Shown here in pieces: positions 24,003-39,054 of a stretch of DNA of 44,744 bases. A program made the position numbers and the translations under genes. Source of the DNA: Macrostomum lignano. Its lineage: Eukaryota. Under the pieces are notes generated by a model, which worked only from the letters and a program-made list of their open reading frames with translations, had not been told where the DNA came from and did no database searches. Each line of letters starts with the position of its first letter. Position 1 is the first letter of the stretch. The stretch spans positions 1 through 44,744 of the forward strand of contig NIVC01004476.1 in the NCBI GenBank assembly GCA_002269645.1, given 5' to 3'.

Positions 24003-26739
24003 TTATGATACCAGTTAAGCGAATTCCGACCTTTGCATGCCACTAAAGTACGCTCAAATATTTTGAATGCAATACATAAGCTTGAAATTGACTTCTCGGA
24101 ATCCTATATAAGGTTTTTGCATTTATGTTTGCCGTCGGTTATCTAACAATGTCCCTCTCTGGCACGAATTTAAACTCGATTTCATTTGGGCCAGAGCTAC
24201 TAACGAATTAATACAGGTACAATATCCAAATGTAGCAGCGTAGTTAGAGGGGTGACTTTAACTAGAATTTAAACAAAATAGTTTGTTTCTTCGCACTTTT
24301 ATTTAACGTTTTGATATTTTTTGCAAAGTTCGAGTATCCGGGATCCCGAATTTCAAAATCCTTAGCGTCGCCACTGATTCAATAGCTGGTCTTTTGCCTA
24401 ATAAAAAATAAAAGTACCCTGAATATAAATCCTTTGTTTCCTCCAGCTAGTTACAGCGTGTACAAAGAATGTACATTCAAAGCCTTGACGGTGTTGATGT
24501 AAATTGGCCATTAGCGCTTAGTGTTTTATTTAGTATGTTTGGATTATCTTATCTCTCCGAGAAGCGCAGATCGATCGTTGAATGTACATTACGCCCCACC
24601 TCTAGTTAAAAGCCTCCCCCAGTCAACTGGGTTCCGAGTGTGTACATTAGGCGACTAGACCCAGTGTACATTAGCTGGTGGAATGAACTTGGGGGAGGGG
24701 AGGAGTTTTAATACGGGCTTGTAAAAGTTCACACTAATCTATGACACTCAATAGCCTGTTGAAATACATGTATAAGTAGTTGCAATATAATAAAACGTTT
24801 TGGTCCGGACTCCGAGCCTTGCCCAGTGGGAATTAATAAAATGCAACACGCGCGCAAGTTGAGTGACAACGGAGAGTGGATGGCGATGACGAGTGAGTGG
24901 AATAGGGAGGGCCCCAGTCGAAGACTCTCGAGACCAGTTTTGAGATGAGACTTGAATTAGCCAGATTTCTACAATTGCTATCCAGTTGGCTCCGAAAACC
25001 ACAGGCATTAAAATAATTCGTAGTAATAAAAATTTTCTTAATTTTATTCATTCGAAAAACAACTTAATCTTAATTCTGTCACGACACCTGAGATAGTGCA
25101 CGGCACAGCACAGAGCTGCAAACTGCAAGGCTGGATACAAAATAGCCCGGCGGACTCGACAATATGATAAATTTAGCAATTTTGAAAAAGTTCAAGCTGG
25201 CTAATTTCTTTTTACTCTGACGACCAGCAGCAGTGCCCGTGCGGGCGCATTCGTTTTGCAGCTCGAAGCATAGAAAATGAGGTTTGGTTTGCTTCAACCT
25301 GTACCAGCCCACCTGCACTTGCATTGAGTCGTAAAATGGCAAGAATAATAGAAATAAATAGATTTGGAGACCAACCAACGGCATGCAGCAGAGGGGCAGT
25401 GTGTGTGTTTGCCAACTAAAGGTGTTGAGATGGGCTTGGAGGACTGAGTACAGAGGCCGGGGAGGGTCGGGCCCGATGGCGTGACCGACCAGCCTGAGGG
25501 TCATTAAGATCGAAGTGTAGGGCCAGCGTTAGATACAAACGCTGATAAGACAGCGCTAAGAGTGGGTGAGACGCGTGACAAACTGCCCGAGCAAGAGCAG
25601 AGCAGGCCATCTTTATTGTTGTTTGTTGCTGGGGGCGAGGATGAGAGAGAGAGAGAGAGAGAAGCGAGTCTGAAGGAAAAGTAAAAACTTTGGCAGCTCT
25701 CAGTTTCTGAGCATTCGAACAGATTCTGGAACAGAAAAAGAGACTGCAGGTGAGCCAGGTAACCTCAGTCTATTAAACTGCTCTGTTAAAGAACCCCGAT
25801 TCCAGCACTGATGCGAGAGTAACACTGGGAGTGAAGCGTAGATGAAGGGGGCAAGGCCACCCTTCGGGAAAATCCAGAATCCTTCCTTTAGTGCGGCCTT
25901 TTAATTGTTGCTAATGCATTTTTTTTATTAATAATGAGAAAAATCAATTAGTTTATGCGTCTACCTATTCAGACTGTTGATAGTGCTCAGAAGTGCTCAA
26001 ATATGAGATCGATTATAAAATTTTCCTGGAAACAATTATTCTATGCATCTTTTGTTCATTTATCAATATGCCTCCCAAAACAAGTACGATTGCATTTTTA
26101 TGCCTGCAATCAATTCACCCGCCCATCGCCCCAGTTGCCATGGCTACCACAATGGGATTATCTCGGCGCCAGGGGCCACCACTTCAAAAGAAGTCTGAGA
26201 CTCAAAATCGCTAATCTGGAGTAGGGATTATTAGTGAGGAGTCGAGATGAAAAAACAGAGAGGAAAATATCCATAAATCTATCTATTGTTGGTTCCGTTG
26301 GCCCATATTGGAATTTATTCATAGGAACCACAATAAGCAGGAGAGTTTGATCAGTTGGGAAATGTTTGGGCTTCTGTCTGGAGAGCTTTGCAAAACATTG
26401 ATCGGCCGTGGCTAGATTAGGAATTTTCTATATTGTCCGGGACTGTCAACCAGACCTTATGATGCCTTGATGAGGGCGATATGCAATCAAAGATCTGAGA
26501 GGCTGGGAGCTAATCACGGAGCCATTCTGACTTGCATTGTGAATCATCATAAAATTGTATTGTTGGCTAACCGTTGCACAGTGATTTTTCAGTGCATATT
26601 CTCGGGAAGTGGTGAGCTGAGCCGAGAGCAGAGCTTTTTTGTATCTGAGTGGTAGAATTTTGCATCTGAGGGCTGCCATTTTTAAAACTGAGGGGTGATA
26701 TTTGGCACCTGAAGAGTGGCGTTTTGAATCTGAGCGGAT

Positions 26740-28500
26740 GCGCCATTTTGTATCTGAGGGGATGCGCCATTTTGTATCTGAGGGGATGCGCCATTTTGTA
26801 TCTGAGGGATGCGCCATTTTGTATCTGAGGGGATGCGCCATTTTGTATCTGAGGGATGCGCCATTTTGTATCTGAGGGGATGCGCCATTTTGTATCTGAG
26901 GGGATGCGCCATTTTGTATCTGAGGGATGCGCCATTTTGTATCTGAGGGGATGCGCCATTTTGTATCTGAGGGGATGCGCCATTTTGTATCTGAGGGGAT
27001 GCGCCATTTTGTATCTGAGGGATGCGCCATTTTGTATCTGAGGGGATGCGCCATTTTGTATCTGAGGGGATGCGCCATTTTGTATCTGAGGGATGCGCCA
27101 TTTTGTATCTGAGGGGATGCGCCATTTTGTATCTGAGGGGATGCGCCATTTTGTATCTGAGGGGATGCGCCATTTTGTATTGGAGGGGATGCGCCATTTT
27201 GTATTGGAGGGGATGCGCCATTTTGTATCTGAGGGGATGCGCCATTTTGTATCTGAGGGATGCGCCATTTTGTATCTGAGGGGATGCGCCATTTTGTATC
27301 TGAGGGGATGCGCCATTTTGTATCTGATGGGATGCGCCATTTTGTATCTGAGGGGATGCGCCATTTTGTATCTGAGGGGATGCGCCATTTTGTATCTGAG
27401 GGGATGCGCCATTTTGTATCTGATGGGATGCGCCATTTTGTATCTGAGGGGATGCGCCATTTTGTATCTGAGGGGATGCGGCGCCATTTTGTATCTGAGG
27501 GGATGCGCCATTTTGTATCTGAGGGGATGCGCCATTTTGTATCTGAGGGGATGCGCCATTTTGTATCTGAGGGGATGCGCCATTTTGTATCTGAGGGGAT
27601 GCGCCATTTTGTATCTGATGGGATGCGCCATTTTGTATCTGAGGGGATGCGCCATTTTGTATCTAAGTGGATGCGCCATTTTGTATCTGAGGGGATGTGC
27701 CATTTTGTATCTGAGGGGATGCGCCATTTTGTATCTGAGGGGATGCGCCATTTTGTATCTGAGGGGATGCGCCATTTTGTATCTGATGGGATGCGCCATT
27801 TTGTATCTGAGGGGATGCGCCATTTTGTATCTGAGGGGATGCGGCGCCATTTTGTATCTGAGGGGATGCGCCATTTTGTATCTGAGGGGATGCGCCATTT
27901 TGTATCTGAGGGGATGCGCCATTTTGTATCTGAGGGGATGCGCCATTTTGTATCTGAGGGGATGCGCCATTTTGTATCTGATGGGATGCGCCATTTTGTA
28001 TCTGAGGGGATGCGCCATTTTGTATCTGAGGGGATGCGCCATTTTGTATCTAAGTGGATGCGCCATTTTGTATCTAAGTGGATGCGCCATTTTTGTATCT
28101 GAGGGGATGCGCCATTTTGTATCTGAGGGGATGCGCCATTTTGTATCTGAGGGGATGTGCCATTTTGTATCTGAGGGGATGCGCCATTTTGTATCTGAGG
28201 GGTGTGCCATTTTGTATCTGAGGGGATGCGCCATTTTGTATCTGAGGGGATGCGCCATTTTGTATCTGAGGGGATGTGCCATTTTGTATCTGAGGGGATG
28301 CGCCATTTTGTATCTGAGGGGTGTGCCATTTTGTATCTGAGGGGATGCGCCATTTTGTATCTGAGGGGATGCGCCATTTTGTATCTGAGGGGATGCGCCA
28401 TTTTGTATCTGAGGGGTGTGCCATTTTGTATCTGAGGGGATGCGCCATTTTGTATCTGAGGAGTCTGCCATTTTGTATCTGAGGGGTGCCATTTTTGTAT
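26740..28500. repeat. Minisatellite, 24-bp unit GATGCGCCATTTTGTATCTGAGGG, about 73 copies, CDKL intron 4
   Basis: Directly visible; degenerate copies at both edges. Confidence 0.97.
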
Positions 28501-28618
28501 AGGAGCGTTGCCATTTTTGTCTGCATCGGAGCCATTTTCAGTCCAACTGAAATACACTGCAGCTGCTTTAGAAGTATAAAGAGAAGACTAACTGTGTTTT
28601 GATGTTACACGAAGGCTA

Positions 28619-28819
<201 letters not shown>

Positions 28820-28823
28820 TCAC

Positions 28824-28896
28824 ATTGCGCAAATGACAGAAGCTGACAGCCTCCAGCAACTGCTGGGTGATCTTCCGGATGTGGTGCCGGTCCATC
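28824..28896 (-). CDS. CDKL1: CDKL1-like kinase exon 3
   Basis: G-MDRHHIRKITQQLLEAVSFCHLRN; phases consistent with neighbouring exons. Confidence 0.92.
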
Positions 28897-28926
28897 CTGC
28901 GGTTTTGGGGCGGCGATTATTGCGCT

Positions 28927-29820
28927 TTGACCCGAAAATCAATCTCTGGGATCTGGGGCTTTGACCCGAAACTCACTGTCTGAGATCTGGGGCTTTGACC
29001 CGAAACTCACTGTCTGAGATCTGGGGCTTTGACCCGAAACTCACTGTCTGAGATCTGGGGCTTTGACCTGAAACTCACTGTCTGAGATCTGGGGCTTTGA
29101 CCTGAAACTCACACTCTGGGATCTGGGGCTTTGACCCGAAACTCACTGTCTGAGATCTGGGGCTTTGACCTGAAACTCACACTCTGGGATCTGGGGCTTT
29201 GACCCGAAACTCACTGTCTGAGATCTGGGGCTTTGACCCGAAACTCACTGTCTGAGATCTGGGGCTTTGACCCGAAACTCACTGTCTGAGATCTGGGGCT
29301 TTGACCTGAAACTCACACTCTGGGATCTGGGGCTTTGACCCGAAACTCTATCTCTGGGATCTGAGGCTTTGACCTGAAACTCACTGTCTGGGATCTGGGG
29401 CTTTGACCTGAAACTCTATCTCTAGGATCTGAGGCTTTGACCTGAAACTCACACTCTGGGATCTGGGGCTTTGACCTGAAACTCACACTCTGGGATCTGG
29501 GGCTTTGACCTGAAACTCACACTCTGGGATCTGGGGCTTTGACCCGAAACTCTATCTCTAGGATCTGAGGCTTTGACCTGAAACTCACACTCTGGGATCT
29601 GAGGCTTTGACCTGAAACTCACACTCTGGGATCTGGGGCTTTGACCCGAAACTCTATCTCTGGGATCTGAGGCTTTGACCCGAAGCTCACTCTCTGGGAT
29701 CTGAGGCTTTGACCCGAAGCTCACTCTCTGGGATCTGGGGCTTTGACCCGAAGCTCACTCTCTGGGATCTGGGGCTTTGACCCGAAACTCACACCCGGAG
29801 ATCTGGGGCTTTGACCCGAA
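28927..29820. repeat. Minisatellite, 34-bp unit GATCTGGGGCTTTGACCCGAAACTCACTGTCTGA, about 26 copies, nearly the whole of CDKL intron 2
   Basis: Directly visible. Confidence 0.96.
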
Positions 29821-29853
29821 GCCCACAGTCTGAAATCAGCAAAATAAAACTCA

Positions 29854-29976
<123 letters not shown>

Positions 29977-30774
29977 CTATAGAAATGAGAGTAATGTGTA
30001 CTTTAAATAGTCTAACCGTGATAAATAGCTTATACAAGAGAGACGATATCAAAGAGGGAGAGAGAAGAGGTTGATAATTTTAGGAACAGAGTGATAGAGT
30101 AGAGTGGCGAGAAGGGTGGAGGTGAGGGTAGAGGGTAGGGATGCCTCGCAGGAGTCTTATCCTACCAGGCGCATTTTAACAAACGACTTCCTCCATTATA
30201 AACATCGACAGCCGCACGTGCCTTTGAGCAAATCATCTGTTGCATCGCTTTTCGTGTCCTCGGTTGACCTCACTTTGATTTTGGATTCACGCGCCCTGCC
30301 TTCCCTCATTCCCAACCCCAGGCTTGAGCTATCAAATATTGTTACTTTAGTTGCCAGGCAACGAAGATAAGCAATGGTTGTTTTTCATCTAGTAACAGAC
30401 CAGGTGTTTTTTTAGATTAGCGGGTGGCGACGGGGCTGCGGTGTAGGACAGGGAGGCAAGGAAGGCGAGACGCAGCCGTGGGAAGTGGGGTGGGGGCGAT
30501 ATCGAGCTCCGGTTTTTTAAAAGGGAGGGTTGTCATTGCCAGACAATGAGTAAAGTACTATTAAGCTGAGTGGCTAATGTTGGCTATCAATCAACAGAGA
30601 GATGTGCAAATTTCAGAGGTAGAAATTAACATAGTAAGAGAGAGATTGGGTTAAGATGAGCTGACAGATAAAATGAATGGATATGGAGAGTAGATAGAAT
30701 CGAATAGAAGTAGGCCAAAAAGGAAGGATCTAACGTCTCCCTGCTGGAAGAGGAAGAGGGCGGAAACGGGAGAA

Positions 30775-31827
<1,053 letters not shown>

Positions 31828-31884
31828 TCAAGGGTCTTATGAGAGGGTCAAGCTAGTGTTTCGGCAGGGCGTAAGGTCTCTCTG

Positions 31885-32518
31885 GAGGGGTCAAGTCTCT
31901 TTGGAGGGGGTCAAGTCTCTTTGGAGGGGGTCAAGTCTCTTTGGAGGGGGTCAAGTCTCTTTGGAGGGGGTCAAGTGTTTCTAAAGGCGGTCAAGTGTCG
32001 CTGGAGGGGATCAAGTCTCTCTAGAGAGGGGTCAAGTCTCTCTAGAGAGGGGTCAAGTCTCTCTAGAGAGGGGTCAAGTCTCTCTAGAGAGGGGTCAAGT
32101 CTCTCTAGAGAGGGGTCAAGTCTCTCTAGAGAGGGGTCAAGTCTCTCTAGAGAGGGGTCAAGTCTCTCTAGAGAGGGGTCAAGTCTCTCTAGAGAGGGGT
32201 CAAGTCTCTCTAGAGAGGGGTCAAGTCTCTCTAGAGAGGGGTCAAGTCTCTCTAGAGAGGGGTCAAGTCTCTCTAGAGAGGGGTCAAGTCTCTCTAGAGA
32301 GGGGTCAAGTCTCTCTAGAGAGGGGTCAAGTCTCTCTAGAGAGGGGTCAAGTCTCTCTAGAGAGGGGTCAAGTCTCTCTAGAGAGGGGTCAAGTCTCTCT
32401 AGAGAGGGGTCAAGTCTCTCTAGAGAAGGGTCAAGTCTCTCTAGAGAGGGGTCAAGTCTCTCTAGAGAGGGGTCAAGTCTCTCTAGAGAGGGGTCAAGTC
32501 TCTCTAGAGAGGGGTCAA
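31885..32518. repeat. Minisatellite, 21-bp unit GGGGTCAAGTCTCTCTAGAGA, about 30 copies, upstream of the CDKL start codon
   Basis: 7-aa periodicity (REGSSLS); unit contains the 10-bp palindrome TCTCTAGAGA. Confidence 0.96.
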
Positions 32519-33242
32519 ATCCAGGTGATATGTATAATGAGAATATGCTATTATTGGAACAAAAAAATGCAAAGAAACAACCAGAAGTGCTCGCAAATTA
32601 AAGATTCTTCTCCAGTCTCTTTCTGCCGAAGTTTTTTTTTATTTTATTTTTTTACTTTTATTTTTTTAAGATGTAGATCCAACCGCGGCCCAGCTCATGC
32701 CAATCAAGTTTAATTAGCCCCTTTCAATGCCCCCCTCCTAGCCCCAATCCCCAATCCCCTAGGGAGGTATTGGATTCGCTTCTGCACTTTTAGAGTCGGA
32801 TCCCAAATCCCTAATTGAGCTGAAGTCTCAGCTTGCCAAAGCTCCTCTCTGCTCTAATTAGTTTTCAACTGCATGGCAACTGGGTAGCTTTAATTAAAAA
32901 ACGTGAGGGCCGAGATAGCCATCATCGCTCATTAAGGTTTTTTGCTACGGGCGACGCAAGGCGACGCGTCTGTAGCTGAGAGTCAGCGAGGATATGGGAT
33001 CAGGATCCCTAGAACAGATGCTAAGCAATGTGCTGTGAGAGGGCAGAGTGGGAACTGTGCAATGGTCAGTCTCTGTATTCAGAGCGATATTTTTTCATGA
33101 CTGCCTTTTTCACGAGATAAATGTTACACTTGTGACTGAGGCACTGCAGCTCCTGAAGGGTTCATTTGGTGCATCAAATCGGCTTTCAATCACCTTGAGT
33201 GGCGCTGCAGTGAAGCCCTGCAGTCTTTTGTGTCTTTGGAAT

Positions 33243-33540
33243 CTCAGGGTCCTTGGGTAACCTCAGGGTTCTTGGGTAACCTCAGGGTCCTTGGGTAACC
33301 TCAGGGTCCTTGGGTAACCTCAGGGTCCTTGAGTAACCTCAGGGTCCTTGGTGAACCTCAGGGTCCTTGGGTAACCTCAGGGTCCTTGGGTAACCTCAAG
33401 GTCCTTGGTGAACCTCAGGGTCCTTGGGTAACCTCAGGGTCCTTGGGTAACCCAAGGGTTTTAGGGTTACCCCAGGAGTTTACGGTAACCTCAAGGTCCT
33501 TGTATAATCCCAAGGGTCTTTCAGTAACCTCAGGGTCCTT
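33243..33540. repeat. 19-bp tandem repeat GGGTAACCTCAGGGTCCTT, about 15 copies decaying rightwards
   Basis: Directly visible. Confidence 0.92.
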
Positions 33541-34408
33541 GAGAAAACTAAATTCGTTTGGTAACCTCACGGCACGCGCTAAAATCCTCAAGGCAATACT
33601 CGTAGAGTATGTCACTGCCACTGAGTCGTGGTCGCTGTACACCCTACATGAGCGTGCCTGCGTACATTCAGATATCCCGTGGTGGTGCTCAGGGATCAGC
33701 GGAACGCGCATGGCTGCTAGCCGCGGGTTGACTGTCGCTTTGGTTCGCGGAAGTGGCAGAGGACCCAGGGGAAACCCTTTGAAACTCTTGTGGGGATATT
33801 TGAGAGCTTTCTTTACCCAGGCCTGTGTCTGGCAAAGCTGCCGCCGTTGTTGTTGTTCGCAGCGGTGGAGTTCGCCAGCAGATGCGGATTCCCCTGGCCT
33901 GAGAGCCACATGCTGCCTCAGACCTGCCAGTGAGGCGTCTCCGCTGACGAAGATAACTTGAGGATCTGCTGGTTGCGGCTTCCAGGTGTGCTAAGTCCGG
34001 CCAGGCCTCCTCACGGAGGTCCCATAGCGACGATATTCCGCGCGCAAAAATTGAATTCTTTTTCTTTTTCTGCTTCCGCTGCTCTTTCAGCTGCTGTCCT
34101 TCTGTGTCTCTTTCTCTCTCCTCTTTCGCTTTCCATCGCTGTGAGTATTGAGTTTGGTTTAAATTTGACCGCACAGGCGTGGGGGAGGGAGGCAACTTCG
34201 GCTTTCTCGTCTGGCCAATGGGAGTCAGCAGCGGTTTCTGCCTGGTCTCTGAGGCCAAAGAGACCCAGAACTAGAGCCTCGAGTTTCTGACCCCCTCATC
34301 AACACCCCCCATTTTAATTAGACATCTCTAGGCTGACTGCAACGTTTCAGTTTGAGCACACAAATTGAAGCTACTAAGAATTTACTCAAGCTTTAAACTG
34401 AGAACAAG

Positions 34409-34983
34409 TTGACAAAAAACTTCAGGGAGGGTTGCTAAGGATAGATACTGACTGATCTGAACAAAAACTTCAAGGAGGATTACTAAGGGAAGGATAGATA
34501 CTGACTGATCTGATCGAACAAAGATGTCATGAACAAAAGCTAGGCGAGTTTGTGTCACTATAATAAACTTTCACTATTAAGCTGTCGTCACTTCGATTTG
34601 GTTAAACCATTTTTTGTTCAGATCAGTCAGTATCTATCCTTAGCAACCCTCCCTGAAGTTTTTGTCAAGATCAGTCAGTACTGTACCTATCCTTAGCAAC
34701 CCTCCCTGAAGTTTTTGTCAAGATCAGTCAGTACTGTACCTATCCTTAGCAACCCTCCCTGAAGTTTTTGTCAAGATCAGTCAGTACTGTACCTATCCTT
34801 AGCAACCCTCCCTGAAGTTTTTGTGCAGATCATTGAGTATCTATCCTTCCCTAGCAACCCTCCCTGAAGTTTTTGTGCAGATCATTGAGTATCTATCCTT
34901 CCCTAGCAACCCTCCCTGAAGTTTTTGTGCAGATCATTGAGTATCTATCCTTCCCTAGCAACCCTCCCTGAAGTTTTAGTCAA
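34409..34983. repeat. Foldback-like structure: two 48-53-bp units inverted against seven tandem units
   Basis: 34413-34466 is the reverse complement of the unit starting at 34611; spacer about 100 bp. Confidence 0.85.
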
Positions 34984-36153
34984 GATCTGATCTCCCTGGC
35001 TTGGCCTCAGTTTTCTTCCGCTCAAGCCAGACTTTTTCTGGAGCCAGATTTTCTTATCTAAAGCTGGGGGGGGGGGGGCAGCTACACGCAGGCAGCCACC
35101 TGCAGTTTTTGGGGCTGCAGCCGGAGTGGGGGGGGTCGCGAAATGATTTGGGGCAGTCGGAAGCCCCCCCCCCTATGCTCAGGCCTTCCTGTCAGGCTAG
35201 CTGAGCTCAAACACTGCAGGCTACTGCAGCTGGAACAACTCACTCAAGCTGCCCCCCATCCAAAGCTCACTTTCGCCCAGAGCTGCTAGTCGCAGGCAAA
35301 ATTAGGGGGAGACAGAGAGAGGGAGCGGCCCGTGCTGAACTGCTGTCTTTTTCTTATTCACTTCTTTCTGCTTCTGCAAAGCAGCAGCCAAGGCAGGCTG
35401 AGCAACCTCATCCTCCGCTCCGCATGTGTGGGAACTGGGGCTGGGGGCTGTGCAAAGGTTAATGGGAGAGGCTTTTGAGCCAGTTTGCTTACAGAGGGAG
35501 GAGGAAGAGGTTGGGGCCGCTTTCTGCTTCTGCCAGGTGTGGCAGAAGTGCACAGCGAAAATTTCTTGCCCATTTTTGCAATGTTGCCATGCCAACCAGG
35601 CACACGGCGGCAGGGAGAGAGAAGGCATGAGGGCCGGTTCCCAGAGTCAATAAATAAAGTGAGTGTAAGGAGAGACAAAGAAGGGTCAAAGGCTCGATTA
35701 AGAGCTTCTAAACTTGATGCTTTGACATTTTTTAAACCAATTATACCACTTTATAACTTTATATCACTAGAAATAGGATGTTCTGGCATTCAAAATGGAC
35801 ACACAAACACGCACAAAATTTCCGGTGTTGAGTGCTTCTTATTTAGTTTTCAATTTCAAACAAATTATGTCAAGTCAAGTGCAAGGACAGCTTCTTTTGG
35901 ATCGGCCTACAATCCAGCAAAGTTAGTGGAAAAGTTTTAAAAAGCTTAAAAGCATCAAAGCAATACAATTCTAAGATTCAATGCAAGGTCTGACTGAATA
36001 GTCAGGGAGAGTGAGGCCCTTGCAGAAGTCATCTTCCTCTATGCTACTACCAATAGCAAGTAGGTAGGTGCACTGGCGAAGCGTAAAAAAGGAGCTTTAT
36101 TAAACTGTTGATTTTTAGCAGTAGAACTAGCAAGGAGAGCAATGCAGGCATAT

Positions 36154-36868
36154 GAAATTCCAGAACACGGGCTACCTTTTTGTTGCGCACCTTCTCGAAC
36201 AAGAATCAAGTCGCCAGCCCTCTGGACCGTCGAGATATTCCACGATTCTGCCAGAAGTTCGGATTTTCCCCATAAGCGCCAGTGTATTCAGTACACCCCT
36301 GTGCGCCAATCAGCACTGCGCCTCACTGCAGCCTTGCCAAGCCTTCAAATTTCATCAGCACGCCAACCACATGTGTCTGCATCAGTTCTGACTTCGTTGG
36401 TCATTGGCCTTCATCCAGGCGGAGCTTCTGGACCTTCAACAGGTGGCACCAGGTGACTATGGACACGCTGTTGCGAATTTCTCAAGGTTCGCTGATCAAG
36501 CCTCAACAGTGGGCAAGCCTCGACTGTTGGACATCCTCAGCTAGTCTCACAAGCATTCCGTTATCACCCCGATGACATCGGCACCTTCAACGAGTGACAC
36601 CAGGCGGCTATGGACACCCTGTTGCAACTATGTCAGATTTTTCTTATCAAGCCTGCCTCAATAATAGGCAAGCCTCAACTGCTAGGTATCCTCAACTAGT
36701 TTCTCAAACATTCGGTTGTCATTCAGACGCCGTCAGCACCTTCAATGGACAGCTGCACTAAGGCGCAGTGCTGATTGGCGCACAGGAGTGTATTGTCCAG
36801 AGAGCTGGCGACTTGATTCTTGTTTGAGAAGGTGCGCAATAAAAAGTTAGTCCATGTCTTTGAATTTC
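36154..36868. repeat. Diverged long inverted repeat enclosing a diverged tandem duplication of about 150 bp
   Basis: Arms 36154-36332 and 36752-36868 (shared ttgcgcaccttctc.aacaagaatcaagtcgccagc and ctgtgcgccaatcagcactgcgcc); inner units start ACCTTCAA at 36432, 36583 and 36738. Confidence 0.8.
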
Positions 36869-39054
36869 GTGTGCCTGAGTTGCTCCATTCTGGCGCAGCA
36901 AAAATTTTCAAGGATGATTCGACAGGTGAAAAAATGGCTTGGTAATTTCTACTGTTGGAGCCGAAAGGGGAAGCAGAATTTCTAATAATTTGATGTTTCG
37001 ATCGGGGTTATTTCAAGGTAGCACTTCTATATATGCGAAAATAAAAGCAGCACCATTTGAAAACAAATACAAGTACAAATGAACTAAAATGGTGAGAGGA
37101 ATTGTCACTAGCTCTCAAAAGCTAAAACTGCCGCCTTATCCTAAGATTTATTGGCAAGAGGCAGTTGAATTCAAAATAATAAATGGAAGCATTTATCAGC
37201 AGCATACTGTGAATGCATCATATCTATCAGTATGATTTTAAATATAGTAGTAAAACACATAATAGACAAAAAGTTAAAAGCCAAATTCGAAAATAAATAG
37301 TAGAAGGCAGATTACCGAAAAGTTCCAAAAGATAGACTGATTCAGACTGAAATATTGATTTATTTGCCTATTAGTGGGACACTGAATTGCCGAATGTATC
37401 CTAATATGCTTTTCGATAAAAATGTTATAGGGCAATTGAGAGAGTCAATTATTTGAAAGTTAGGCACGCTGATTCTTGACTTTTGAAAATTGGAGTCAGA
37501 ATTTTACACACTTTGATGCGCCGATTGTCGATGCTACTATTCCAATATGACTAGAAAGAAAAGACTAAGAAAATATGATAAAAAATCAAAGATCGAATAT
37601 GTCTTAGGGTAATGGAGCAAACATAGAAAAGCTATTGAGTGAAAGCCGGTTATCAAAGGTAATTTTGTCGCGTAATGTATTGTACGGACATTTCTACGAT
37701 CTTATCATCTCTTTTACAATTAACACCAGAAACTGGTTACAAAAGCAGCTAACTTACCCCCTGTCTCTTTCTCGTTGAGGCGAAATTTTTATGCCTTTTA
37801 AGCAATGAAACAAAAATGTCCAGTTGTTTGCGTGGTAATTTTTTAGTTAGGAGTAAAACAGCTCATGAAAAATTATAACTTCATTTCTGACTTCTGAACT
37901 TTTTAAAACAATTTTAGTAAATGGTAAACAGATAAAGAACTAGCTTATCGTCGCCTTATCGGGTTGCCAAATATTCAGTTATGTTTGTATTAAAAGTAGC
38001 AACCACTCAATATGAAATTACAGTAAAAATTAAATTTGGCTAAAGAGAAATATTTTTAATCAACAAAAATAGATTTTTAGTTAAAAATTATATTTTTAAA
38101 ACAAATTTTTACAATAAAGAAATAGAAACTTTGTTTAATGTCTTTGGTTTTTTCTGCACGGACAAATTCTTACCTTTCTAAGAACAACGAACGGATGAAA
38201 TCCAGCATGGATGATGAATGGATTGATTCAACTTTAAGATACTCTTGATTTGAGTGTTGATATTGATTCCTCAGCGTAAGCATGAGAAAATTAAATCAAT
38301 GAGAGAAAAGTTAGAATAGCATTTCTATTTATAGTTAAGTTTTATGCTGAAGTATTAAGAATTAGGAATATACTTGTAGGATAAAAAAATAGTTCTCAAA
38401 ACCTTTAGACTTTAAACAGTAACAAAACTCTAACAAAAATCTTTGGAATGTGAGGCCTTAATTTTTTGCAAATAATTCAAGTAAATATTTTCTATAAAAG
38501 TAAGAATATGAGTAGCAAGTATCAATTAAATTGAAAAGAACATGTTCTTCTCTTCATTGACATTAGTTTAGAATTGTATTATCAATATTTTTCATACTAA
38601 TACTACTATACTAGTATAAAGTTATTATTTTTTATGTGAAAATGCTTTAAATGCTTTATCTGTTCCATTGTCTAGATTTTGCTTAATGTATTCTAGAGTG
38701 AAAACTGAAAAGTGACACCTAGACTTTAAATGTCATTTTAAAAATGGTATGCCAAGGTAATAACTTATTTAATGAATTATAGTTTATAAGAGTTTCCTTT
38801 TTACAAACACTGTTTTTGACACTTTATCTATGAAGAATAATGAACATTTATTAAGTCAATAAAAATTTATTATGTTACAAATCTCCAGCTTTAAATACAT
38901 TATAAAATTATTATTAAGATGTTTATCAATCTATTTCTATGACATTTTTGTTTAATAATTTTATAGATGTCAAGTATTCATATTCCTATATATATGCAAA
39001 CCATAGCCTTTGTCAAAAATAAGCCAAGTGTTGGTATAATATAAATCTTTTAGC

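Noticed and set aside
24234-24378. Possible CAGTGGCG-type MITE ends (a similar half-site near 13375-13395)
   Set aside because: The arms are too degenerate and no TSD is discernible.
25079-25610. Nested gene in CDKL intron 4 (ORFs of 64-141 aa)
   Set aside because: No recognisable motifs or consistent splice structure.
26446-28557. ORFs of 415-703 aa (PSDTKWRI, HPLRYKMA, MRHFVSEG repeats)
   Set aside because: Translations of the 24-bp intronic array on both strands.
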